Source of the DNA: Amoebophrya sp. A120
Lineage: Eukaryota > Protista > Dinoflagellata
Direction of reading: 5' to 3'
DNA length: 64,000 nt
NCBI GenBank assembly: GCA_905178155.1
Contig: CAJINV010000009.1
Span: 3,094,768-3,158,767 of the forward strand
Below are positions 48,887 to 61,000 of this stretch, in pieces; position 1 is the first letter of the stretch, and each line of letters begins with the position of its first letter. The position numbers and the translations under genes were made by a program. A model generated the notes under the pieces. That model ran no database searches. It was not told the origin of the DNA and worked only from the letters and a program-made list of their open reading frames with translations.

Positions 48887-51800
48887 TCAAAAATCCAGCA
48901 CCCCCCTCGCCCTCGCCAGCACCACATCCTCCCGACTCGCGCCGAACGCTGGGAGGTCGTCTTTGGCAATGAAGAACTGCTGCGGTTTTTCTCCTACTTC
49001 CCTGTCTGCTTTCCCGCCCGGCGGCCGCATCATTCCGCCCAGCAAGGATGTTTCCCCGTTCTTGAAATCAATCGCGCACTTGATGTTTTCTAACGAGGGA
49101 TTTATCAGATGCAAAAATGTCTGGATCTGGAAGATTCTGAGACTTGTGATGCACGTTTTGCATGAGCCGTGATGTCTGTGATGCATGCCCAAGCATCGCA
49201 GACGTTTTAAGGGCATCTTGATGCCTATTCCGCATGACAAATGCCCTCCCGTAGCAAAAATCGCATTCCCTTTGCTGCTCACGCAATACAGCTTGTTTTG
49301 GAATCCAAATGCAGCATCACAAGTTGCATTCTTCCAGACCCAGACACTTTTACATTTGATAGGATTATCATTTCTACTATCTTCTCCACCACCACTCCGC
49401 AACATCCTCCCGAATAGCTTCTCCGCCGCCCACCCCTTCCGGGCTTCCACGACAAATTTCGCGCTTCTACTCGGCGTATGCATTGCAAATATGTCTGGGT
49501 CTGGAAGGTTGTGAGATTTCTCATGCTAGTTTGGCATGACTCTGAGCTCTGTATTGCGTGGCCACGAAGACCTCTTCTTGTCTGTCATGCAAACACGATC
49601 TTTCTCATGCGGAATGCGCAACACAGAGCCACGAGGCAATCTGTCATGCTTGGCGGTGCATTACAGTGCGCTTCCTGTTCACTGACATACATCACAAGTT
49701 TTCAGACCCAGACATTTAATTTGCAGTTCATACGGCGTCACCGCGTTCAAGTCGTCGGCTTTGGCCTGTTTGAAATCCACCAAATCGTTCTTGTACCAAA
49801 TGCAAATATGTCTGGGCCTGGAACATGAGTGGAAGTTGTGTTGCATGTTTTGCATTCCTCGAAAATCTGTGTTGCATAGCCAGCAAAAACGTGACTTTTG
49901 TGTCATGTTGGAAGGCTAAGGGCAGGGCGTCCCCATGTAAATTATTTCGACAAACAGTAGCCTGAGGTCCTGAGGTGGGTGACGCGCCCGAGAGCACAGA
50001 CACCGGCGGAATGGTGACGACCAGAAGGGTCAGGAGACTCACCTTTTTCGCGAGAAAGAAGACTGCTGAACCCGCACGCAAAGCTTCGGCGGGCCGATGC
50101 AAAAAGCACCGGTCTTGTATATGTAAAGCAATCGAAAATCTAACGTCCTTATGCTCGCTGTTGTTATGCTCCTGCCGGTGATCGCAGCACCTGGAGCCCG
50201 CACGAACTAAAAGAGTAGCGCGCAGCTAGGGACTAGGTAGACTCGAACGCCTCTGACCACCACAAGCGGCAGCCGTTTATGTAATTATTCCCCGAGCGGG
50301 CAGACACCAGTAAGCGATTTAGTGAAGAAGCACGACGATGTTGCTACTTACCCGGATTAGCAGACCGAGCCAGGGACTAAGTTAGGAATTGCGCGCTATA
50401 GTTCTTCACCGGAGATCGCAAAGAGGGCCTGGTTATTTTTTTTTAAAACCAATAAAAGGCTAGAGATACATGTAGCGATACGGATAAGCCCGAGCGGCAA
50501 TAACAATATCAGGAACGCCCACATACCAAAATAAACGCCCTTTCCTATAAACTCGAACCACAATAAATCTACACGCAAGCAGCCGCAGCTGCAACCCCAA
50601 CCCCTCCACCGGTCCGCTGGCAAAACGGAAAAAAAACAGCTGCCCCTGCGAGGAAGCGGGATCCGCGATCTAGCGCTACAAGGATGAGGCAAGAAACCCG
50701 GTAAACTCTAGCGGAATTTATTGGGCAGTGCGATTTCTACCGAAGAACATCCACAGCATCTACTGGGACGGCTGCGACGGAAGATGTGTGGGTGCCCAAG
50801 TAGAAATAGTTCTGCGCAACGCCATCAACTAGCACCGAGGGAGAAAAAAGAAAGGTAGAAAAGTGAGAAGCGAGATCCTAAGACACAGCCCCACTTACGA
50901 AAGAAACACCCTAAAAAGTGGATACACCTATGCGTAGCAGAGTAAATTGTCCTGCAAAGACCACGCAGTGGTCTTTGCCTATGCAGAGCAGAGTGACTTT
51001 TGTGTCATGCAAAGACCACGCAGTTTGTTATGCGTGCTACGCATCTTCAGACGGCGTGAAGTAAACTTGTCATGCGCGGCTGCACTGGAAAGCACCAGAC
51101 TCGTCCATACTGTAGCAACACAAGTTCCCAGACCCAGACATATTTGCAATGCATATCTTGGAGTCGCACCACAGAATATCCAAATCAATAAAAGTCTGCT
51201 TCATCCAGAACCCCCGTGCGCCGTGGTTGTTGTTATCGTCGTGCTCCCACTGGAAAATCATCCCCGCGTCTTTACCAGGAGGATTTGTTATTTGTGATAA
51301 ATCTGCTGTTTCTGAAGTAGAAGAAGAAGAGTCAAGTTTTTCCTCTTCCACCGCAGCTCCTTCCGCCGACCGCAGCTCGTGTCGGAACATCAGTCCCTGC
51401 ATGAAATGCGAAAAATCCCGCGGGATCTCCACGGGGAGTGTCGCAATGACTTCATCCGTCTATAACGATGCACAACTCCCCCTCCCCCTGATTTGTATTG
51501 CATGAACAGCAATACAGGCGTCAGCAAAAATACAGGCTTTGCATGACAAACTTGGACAAGAGTGTAATGCTATTTAGGCTGCCAGAACTTGTCATGCAAA
51601 GAACAGTGCCAAGAAGCAAAGGGTGGGTTGGGTATTTTGCATGACAAATGAGGGGGAAGGGGGGTTGTGCACTGCCATACCGTCAGGCTGTTCGTGAAAA
51701 CAACATCCGCGTCGTGGCGCAAGGGGGGCGGATCGGGACGGGCTGTGCGAGACGAGAAGGCTGTAGCTTTTTGCCCGTTTTTCGCCCTGCTGGAACTTTT

Positions 51801-51911
51801 CCTCGTTCTTTTCAGGAAAAAACCAGTCCCGGCTACCGGGGAAAAATTGAGCTGGAGGAACAAGGCGGTCGCGTGAAGGAGACGCGGCGCGCATCTGAGG
51901 GAACATGACAT
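48887..51911 (-). CDS. DUF192 (UPF0127)-domain protein with signal-peptide-like N-terminus; 4 introners
   Basis: VEIP...QGLMFR...GMIFQW...FWMKQTFIDLDILWCD...AKFVVEARKGW matches the DUF192 pattern GLMFR...GMLF...FWMKNT.IPLDI.F.D...VLE..G. Confidence 0.8.
49103..49361. mobile_element. Introner (family A)
   Basis: Family-A TIRs; DR GGATT. Confidence 0.9.
49477..49732. mobile_element. Introner (family A)
   Basis: Family-A TIRs; DR CGGCG. Confidence 0.9.
49794..51155. mobile_element. Introner (family A) enlarged by a ~1.1-kb insertion
   Basis: Family-A TIRs 1362 bp apart; DR TCTTG; removal gives WCDSKNDLVDF. Confidence 0.85.
51461..51679. mobile_element. Introner (family F)
   Basis: TIR core TGCACAAC / GTTGTGCA with C/G tracts; DR CCGTC. 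Confidence 0.85.
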
Positions 51912-53016
51912 TTTTTTTCCTTGCCCTCGATTCTCAATTCTACATCAGATGAAAATTCCCCTACTCGACGCTCTTGCGCAGAGAGCGCGGAGGGAAGCCA
52001 AGCCCCCTGCTCTTCTTTCCTTTTTCTCGCGACAGTTACGTTGAAACAAGCATGTTGATTTATTGCAGCTTTTACTCTGTCTACGTTGACATGAAGACGT
52101 TGACCTCTCGCTAAAACCACTCTCGCAATCCTCCCTCCTAGCACTGGCCCTGCTACCCTCGGCGTTTTCTCCGGTGTACGGCCGTCCCGTCGAACAAAAA
52201 TCTGCAGCATATTTTGCATTACCGTGTCGTTGTACAACCTGCTGCACTCCCATCTCCCCTGCGCATTGCAGTGGTGCAGGTGCTGTTTTTTTTCCTTGCT
52301 CGTTAATTTTCATTTGATTTCCAAAAGTTCAGGTAGACCCTTTACAACAGGTTTTCCACATATACAAAGCATTTATTTGGCCGCTCTTTCAATCGCACTG
52401 CTGCTTTTTCTCGGCGGATCTTGTTGCGTCGCCTTTTGTTTTGCTCTTTTCAACCGCCGATGAGTGCTGTGAGTCAATTTTTATATCAGCCTCATACATA
52501 GCCTTGCTCGGTTTAATTCTTGTTGTTTCTACCGTTAATTACAAGACCGGTAGAAGCTTTTTTTTGGGTCGTCGTAAAAAACAATCCTGATCTGAGTCTA
52601 GTTCGATAGTTTTGGGTTGTGGTCAACAATTACTGTAAATAGGTTTCTGAAAAGTGTGTTGTACTAAAAGGTACTAGCAACGAAAATAGGGAAGATAAAG
52701 ATAGATAATTCTGTAAACGAAACAACGATTTTAATTTCGAATAGAAGAAGTTCTCGAATATTTACACGACATTTTTTCATTTTCAGAAAATCTTCTGGGT
52801 TTTCTGATTGACAAAACTTTGGGCTTTAATTCTAATTTCGAGACGAGTCTTCCTCCGTAATATGAAAATGAAAATGAAATCTTCAGACACCTAAGGCACG
52901 GAAAAGTTCTATCTGGTGAGAGGAAAAAGTCTTGGTCGTTGATGCCTCGGATGCTGGTGAAAACTCTTCTAGTCCAGCACCTGCATCCTTTTGGAGGAAG
53001 AGATCCAATTAGTTCT

Positions 53017-53324
53017 TATGGGAGTGTCAGGATTGAAATCGTCAAAGTTGAAATGATTTGCCATGCATAAAATGCGATACAAAGAGTGGCTCTATTGCAG
53101 AGGACGCACGGGAGGCAGATTATAGTCCTGGTAAGGGTCAAAAGTTGGACTGCTGACTAGCATGACAGAAGGCAGCTCTTTTGCCCTAAACCGCATGACA
53201 GACTCGCTTCCAGGACCGGGCAAATTTGTCATGCACCGACTACAAACTGTAGGTCTAACTGGTATCCGTTTTATGCATGACAAACTATTTCAACTTTGAC
53301 GATTTCAAACCTGACACATCCATA
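53017..53324. mobile_element. Family C element, not in a recognisable CDS
   Basis: Homologous to 36071-36377; DR GTTCT. Confidence 0.85.
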
Positions 53325-56300
53325 GTTCTTGTCGAGTAAGTATCTTCTTTAATTTCATCTCAAACCAGCTCCCACTTCGAAAGTCGTCCTGCTGCTGCAC
53401 CACCCGGTGTAAGTACAGTAAGTAAAGTTCAGCAGAGTTGTTCAGGTGTGGTTACAGCGCTTCCGGTGGAGTGAGCTTGAGCCGCGTGATGTCTTGATAC
53501 AAGTACCTGCGTTTCAATGTTTTTTTTTCATGCTTGTAGTTCCGGCACTGATACGCGTAGTTCCGCATAGTGGTGATCAGGACCCCACGATGGGCAGAGA
53601 AGGAAAAAATACAACCACGCAACAGTGCTGTACCTACAATTTCATCTCCAATTTAATTTCTCCCTGAGTGATCAATTTCCATATTCAAATCCAATCCTCT
53701 TCACGCACAAGACGTTAGGTCGCGACCCATGATGCCCAGATTCGCAGTGCCAACCCGGAGGTTCTGCACTTCCCGGGACGTTATGGCAGAGGAAGGACAA
53801 GCGAAAGTGTCCTGTATTGCACCTTCACACGTTGCAAACAAAAGTGGCTTCGTAGCGAGTTCTCATGCGTAGCATGCAAGCGAATCAGGGTTTCCGATGC
53901 GTACAGTCCGCAATACAGATGACTTTCTTACTTGCCATTTCATAAATTTCGGTCGGTCCAAATAGCTGGTCATGGCTGCGGAATAGTCCGGCTTCGCCCA
54001 GGACTCGGACAACCTGGGGGAACATTTTTGTCATGCGGTTGAGACAGTACTGTATGGCTTTAGACGCAATGTATCACGTCACGTTCATGCGAACGAAAGC
54101 ATCACAAAATGCCTTCTCCAAGCATATTCAGCATGACAAAAAGTGAATACTTCATCCCCTTGGTGGAGTGTGCCATGGTGGAGGGTCGCTTAGGTTCACT
54201 GCACGGTCCGGACGGTATGCAGGAGAAGTTGAAAGGACTACTTCGCAATATCTCACTCTGTCATGCAAGAATAGGAAAACGTTACGTCTTGTCATGCAGA
54301 CCGGAGCATCACAGATTCAAATCATCGCTAGTGCGAAGCTAGTACTTTAACTTTTCACTTTCATAGTCAAACCGCTTGAAAAGGTCGCCTTCACGTTCTT
54401 GTTCACCACTTTTATCTGAGATGTTTTTGTAGATGGGAATTCAGCACGACAGAGCCTCTTTCTCATGCAAGCTTTCGCATTAGAAAGTCAAAGTTCCTCA
54501 TGAAAAAACTATACGCAAACGACGTCCATATCCAGGTCGATATCGTATGGGGTATGAGTGGGAAAATTTTGACGGGTAGAGGAGGCCGCATACTTTTGTA
54601 ATGCTGAACCTACTACACGATTCGCCGTATCTGTCCTGCTAGACTCTGCCATGCAAAATCCAGCATCACAAAGAACCCACATTCCTGAAATCCGTCAATT
54701 TTTCCACCATAACCACGGTCCGCTAGATCCACTACCGCAGTGAAGAACTGCTTTACTTTTATGGAAAAGGAAAATCAACTTTGTCTTCTATGCTGCCTGT
54801 GCATGAGAAATTGAGTCTCTCTTGGACAAAACAGCATGACACAGTAAATTTGTATTTTCTATCGATGGTGGTACTGCTCTCACTGCATGACAAATTCGCC
54901 CTCTCTTGCTGCACGCGACAGCATGACAAAGCATCTTTCTCTTGAGTCTCATATCCGCTGACTTCACCACGTCCGTCTTGTAGTAGCAGCCCGAGGCGAG
55001 TGGCACCTGATGAAGTTGTTATGCGCTTTTCGCATGTGACAATTTTTTCTCATGCACTGGCATCATCGTAGGAAACCAAGTATGGCACTTCCCGCATGAC
55101 AAGTTGCCCATACAAAAAACTTACCTCATTCAAAAACTTGATTTTTGCTGGGACGGACTGTGCGGTTGTGGGTTATGGAGGTCGAAAGCTGCAATGTGCT
55201 GCTTTTTTTCGGTTATGATTTGTCATGCCACGGTGCAAAAACAATGATATGCTTTCATGCAAATCCTGGTCATGACAAATGCTCCCCAGACCGAAAAACT
55301 ACAGCACAATCTCAGTCAATTACTTTTTCCGTCGTAAAAGCGCATGTGGGTCTGTGTCCAGTCGTTGTGAGTTTGGCTTGTAACTGTTGTGAATTTTTTG
55401 CATTGCTCATCATGAGTTGTATGCATCACAAATTCCAGTTCCTCAAAAAACCCTTTTGTCATGCGGTGTCAAGCAACACAAATCACATCTCTCATGCAGG
55501 TTGTCAAACAGAACAAAAAGTACTTTGTGCACGCCGCCTGGAGTTTTTTGTGTGGTACGAAGCATGGTGTTTTCGAGACGAAATCCGGCCCGTATCTTGA
55601 CAGGTGCCATGAGCTGGCAAAGGGCTTATCGAAGAAAAAATTCATGTCAGAATCCGAAAGTGATTTGTGTTGCGTGGACCAATACAGATGAGATGGAGGT
55701 GTCTCAATGGTCTTCTGGGAATGGCTATGGCATCGACGCTTTACATGACAAACCCGACCTCCCCTGCAAAACACGCAACACAAATCAGGTCGTGATTCAG
55801 AAAATATTTACACACTATCGTAACTAAATGCGCCGAGGTTATCGATTGAGACGGATTGCCTGTTGTGGATCGATGTTGATCGTAGATTTGTCATGCGTAG
55901 GGGGTAAGAAAAACTACGTTTCTCATGCTGGCAACAGCATAATAAAAAAAAAACTATACCCTTCTGACAGGAGCTCCTTTAGTCGCAGTACGAGCGCGTC
56001 GACGATTAGCCTCATTGATCTATGCAGGGGAGGAGGAGGGGAAAGGGAAAAGTGTGGATTTGTGATGCAGAACGGCACTCAATGAAGAATTTTCAGCATG
56101 CTTTTCCTCTCAGGACAAATTGGTTGGAACAAAAGCACCCCGTAGTGGCTTTACAGAAGTTGTATCTGCATCACAGGATCGCCTACTCCCGATTCCCTCC
56201 TTTTTCTGTTCCATACTGTCTCTGCGGGTCTAAGCTCTGGAATATCGTGCAGAAATTTGGTAGCGCAACAGCTCTGTCATGCGAGTACAGATGCATCATG

Positions 56301-58082
56301 AAAGCGCACTTGCCTGCAAGATGGATAGATCCATTAGGGCATGGCATGGTACGTTTTGCAGCCACGCAATACGAGATTGTAGTTTTTTTTTCATTTCTGT
56401 TTCTAAAAAAGTACATCACAACTGTGTAGTTGTGCTAGCATTTTTCTGTTTGATATGGAAGGCTTGACTTGTTCTTGGCGGGTATGGATAAGGAAGATTT
56501 TCTCTTTCCAAAAGCAAGATGTCGACCCTTGCCATGCAACGTTCTTACGGAAGAAATTATTCATGCAAAAATCTCTTGAAAAAAAATATCTTCCTCTTCC
56601 ATACTTGTGACTGCTGGAATGGACCGGGATACGCGGTGGGATTTGCACAGTATGCAAGGAAAGTTTTGAAATTCATCCCGTTCTAGATTAATTTTCTCAT
56701 GCGTAGTCGTGTTTCTCGTCACGTCGGGAGTTGCGTTACCGGCATTACACACGACTCTCGCTTTGTCTCGGAATAAGTGGAAATGAAAAATGGTGAAAAG
56801 TAAACACAAAATTTTGCATCAGCATGACAAACTACCCACGTTTTAGTGTGCCTCAAAACTTCTCTTGCATACCAGCACATGCTGGATTATCTCCGGAAGC
56901 CGGACGACCATTTTTGAAGGAGTTGACTTGCCTCTCTGCACTCTGCGGGGTGAAGTCCCAAAGGCTAGTAGTAGGTGGAATGGTTTTCTTATATTTCATT
57001 TTCCACCACGGAAAGCCAGCTCGGCCTCACTCAGTTCACGCGTCGATCACAAGAGGATGTTTGACGAAGTGGCTTTGTAAAATGTCTCTCCCGAACCGCT
57101 TTGTAAAAAGCGAGCCGCGTGATCGTGGTGTAGCCACATCTGGGTCGGCCACACTCCAAGAACGACACTCAAAACTATCGCTCTGTAACCTTCGACGTTA
57201 GACAGGATGCGTGGCCAAAAATTATCTCTTTTGCTGTGCCTCGCGATGTTGGTCCTAAATATCAATCACTAACAGCGCTACCCTCGCTCTCGAGTCACTC
57301 TGTAACAACACAAGCACGCTCGCTCGAACACGTCGCTGCACATTCGCGGCAGACAAGAAAACAACGAGGCGACCATTTCTTATGGTGGGTGGAAGAATAG
57401 TTTAGCTAGTATTAATTTTGTGAATCCTGATGAAATGCAAAGTACCTCTAGCGAACTGGCACCGCGCTTGCCGTGATACTGCTCAGAATCAAGTGAAACA
57501 AAAACAGGATCTGCCAGAGTTGTGGTGTTTATGAAGTATTGAAAAAAACGCTGCTTTAGTAATTAAGTATGATGTGCGTATTGTCGAGATATAATGTTAA
57601 TGCGTCGGGTTCGTTTCGGCTGAGATCAATGCGAGTCGTTCTGGAAGTGTGCGCATGTGAAAAAGTGAATCACTGGTGACCTTGGCGCACAAACAAGTTG
57701 GGCGAAACAGAAACTGCAAACGGGCGACTGTGAAAAACAAAAAGGGATGCACGACTTCTACCGGGTACAACAATAAACGACCGAAAACATGTCAAACGCA
57801 ATGCAAGTAGTAACAAATACATCTACCGCAAAGAGATGTGCCTATGCGCGTTTTACATTTTTATTTTTGTGGCTGGAAAATATAAACGCTGCGCAACGCA
57901 AATACTCTTTGAAAATCAAAATACAGCTACAGGCTTTCGTCGTGTAAACTAAAATTGCGTCCTAAACCCTGAAACCTAATCTAAACCCTTTCTGGATCGT
58001 CGTGTAAACTAAAAAATTAACGATTGCAAAATGAGTAAATAATTGGCACACACGCTCGCGCCTTTGTCCCGCACAATAGCAA

Positions 58083-61000
58083 TTAGGAGCCCAGCTTGGA
58101 GTTGTTATTTGTGACCTGCTGGGTGGCGACGTTGCTGCCCGCGACGTGCAAATTTCTGAGCTTCTGCTGTGTAAACGCACGCTCTTCCTCGCTCAGGCCA
58201 GCGCGCGCGGCCAGATCCCTCCCGCCGCCGGCCGCTATATCGATGGCATCCGCAGTCCGCCACGCAGGGTCTGGTAGCACGAGCGGGGATAGAATCAAGG
58301 CGAAAATGTCGTCGACTTCTTTATTACGTTCCATTATTGTATTTTCGACCTTTTTCTGGTGCTCGTCTACGAGTCGTTCCACCAATTTTTTGGCGCCGAA
58401 GTCCAAGTCGTGCTCCTTCTCATGAAACAAGATGTGAGGATCGTACGCCGAAAGGCACCAGCGCGACTCTGGCGGAGCTGCCGGCAAAACAGGCGGCTCT
58501 GACGGGGCAAGGACAAGCGGCGTAGATTTGCCAAAGCATTTAGGTGGCGCTCGTCCTTCCCCTGGTGCTTCTAGCGGATTGACAACGCACTTCAAATGTG
58601 AATCCCTCGCTGCATTTCCAGAACCGAAAAGCTCCAACGTCGTCTCGTGTAAAAGGCAAAAATACCCCCTGCGCCTCTGGTGCTACCAACGCGGCTGGTC
58701 CCTCACCTGCGGGGAAGTGCCAGTATCGCTAGTTGTTGAAAACGCGGCAAGCCTGGCTTTCAGTTTCACCAATTTGTATGCATAGCTTGGTGGGTGGCCT
58801 ATCCGCCCTCGTAAAATAAAAAAACATTATCTGCCTTTTTTAGTCAGCGCCCGCGGTATACACACGATATTCAGTTTGCCTCGAGAACAGACCAAAGGCT
58901 GCACCGGAAGGGACTACAGTTCTGTATTTTTGCCATACGATGCTCAGCCCAAATCGATCCGCCCCCAGCCGTGGCGAACGCACTGCGCACTGTGGAGAAC
59001 CCGTTCCGCCGTCGCCGCCCGCGCGGATGCTTTATGAAAGGAAAAAGCAGAGAGGCGCCCCGCCCCCGGCTTCCTCATGCACGCTAGCAATACACGTCGC
59101 AGCTCTTGTCTATTCGCTACACATCGCCCCCTTCCCAAGCGGCGCAGTGCCCTCACTGGAGGTTGATTTTCGTAATGAATCAGCCGGACTTTCAATCACT
59201 CACTCCTGTTCACAATATTTACAAGCATGGGGACAGAAGAGGCCTTCTCCTTTTCCTTCTTACCACCACCGAGATCCCCGGGCGCTGCGATTGGTCGGCG
59301 TACGCCGACTTTAGCGGAAATTTTGCGTTCCCCCCGATGACGACTTCCCACTCCTCCGCAGCTGTAACTGGTCCGGAGGAGCCCGCCTGAGAAACAGGCG
59401 CAAGAACGTCAGCATGGTCAAAGTTCAGAAGGACAAACTGCGGGGTTTTGCTTGACCCGTCTCCCTGCCACCGGATGCCAAGAGAGTCGGGGCCGAGGTT
59501 GTTGTGTCGGACGCGAAACTCGCTGAGCCTCTTCAGACAAGTGTCCATGCGCGTAGCAAAATCAACAACGCGAACGCCAGGCTCAGCCAGCAAAAGGAGA
59601 CCGTCTAGATCGCGTGAAAGGGGCTCGACCTTCTCCATCAGTAAGCACTTCTCGTCGTAGCTCTTGTCAACGATCTGCATCACCATCGGCACGCAAGAGT
59701 GTTCGGCGGGCGAGAGATCCTTTTCCTTCCGCTCGCTGAGCAAGAAATGAATAAAAAACTCGGAGGCTACAGCCCCGAAATCCGCGACATGGACTGGCAT
59801 AGTGCTCGTCTGTTCTGTGATCCGTGCGTGGGGTCCTTCGTCCTGTGGTTTCGGGGCTACGGACACGCACTTCAACAAGCCCTCGACAGGTCCGGACTGC
59901 GCGCTGTCCCCGGGCGTGTTCTTCTTTTTCCAAATGGTCGTGTGGCCAAAATGTTTACTCGCATCCCCCTCCTCCTTCTCCCACGCAGCGCCGAAGGTCT
60001 TCCAATCCATAAAAAGCGCATCCAGATTCTCTGGCAGTTTACGGCTCAGTACTTCCGCCATGTGTTCAAACCGGGTGTGCAGATTATGGGTTTCGCGAAC
60101 GGAGACAGCCTTCACCAGCTTTGCAATGTTGTGCTCTATATCCCATTCCCGCGTCGCAGCGCCCTTCTCGTCGTCTTTGATCCCAGCAGCAGGCATCCTC
60201 GCATCATATCCGGCCTCGAGATGCACAACCCGCGTTTGCGGATTCGCAAATACCAGGGGCTTGAGCACGCGGGCAACGCTTTCGCGAAGTTGCAATTCGC
60301 TTGCATGGCCGCTGTGTGGAAACGACCGGTCCACACTTCGAACCAACATCGCAAAGCCGGCAGGCCACGCGCTAGAACCTTCCGGCCCCATGAACTCGAA
60401 ATCGCTCGGGGCAAGGCCGCCATAACATTTTACCTTTTCCTCGCCTGCCAAGATCCGCTTCAAAATATTGTCGACTGCCGGACCCCTGTGAAAGTCGGCA
60501 TTTAAGTGCGCCTCGTCCGGCGCCAGCGCCCGGCCCACGCAGGCCAGGGGATCATTTGGTAGTTCCCCAAAAAGTTTGAACGCTGTTAGGGCCAGCCCGT
60601 ACAGGTCAGTGGCCGGGTGAAGCTTGGCGTCATGCGTGCACAGCCGTGTGAGTTTCGCGCCCAGCGGTTCACCGTTTTCAGCGTCCGCTGGTGCCAACAA
60701 TTCAGCTCCATGATTCAGCTTTGGAACGTACGTGCCAAGTGCGGCAGGGTCAGCAAACGGAAAGTTTGCCGGGCCAGCGAGCGCTTTCGCAGAGGGAATC
60801 TCTTGCCAAACTTCCAGCCCGTGAACCTCGCCTGGGTTTTCCTTCAGCAAGAGCGTGCGAGCTGAACCGAAGTCCGCTAGAGCCGTTACTCCACTAGGCA
60901 TTAGTCGAAAAGCGTCTGGTTGCACGTTACCCAGTATGATTCCCAAGTGGCGGGTCCTGTTGCGAGCATTTTATCACGTGATAAGAAGAAGAGCGCGAGT

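Noticed and set aside
10568-51297. Many short ORFs sharing PDPDIF / KCKNVWVWK / MSGSGR peptides
   Set aside because: They are translations of the family-A TIR in different frames, not a protein family.
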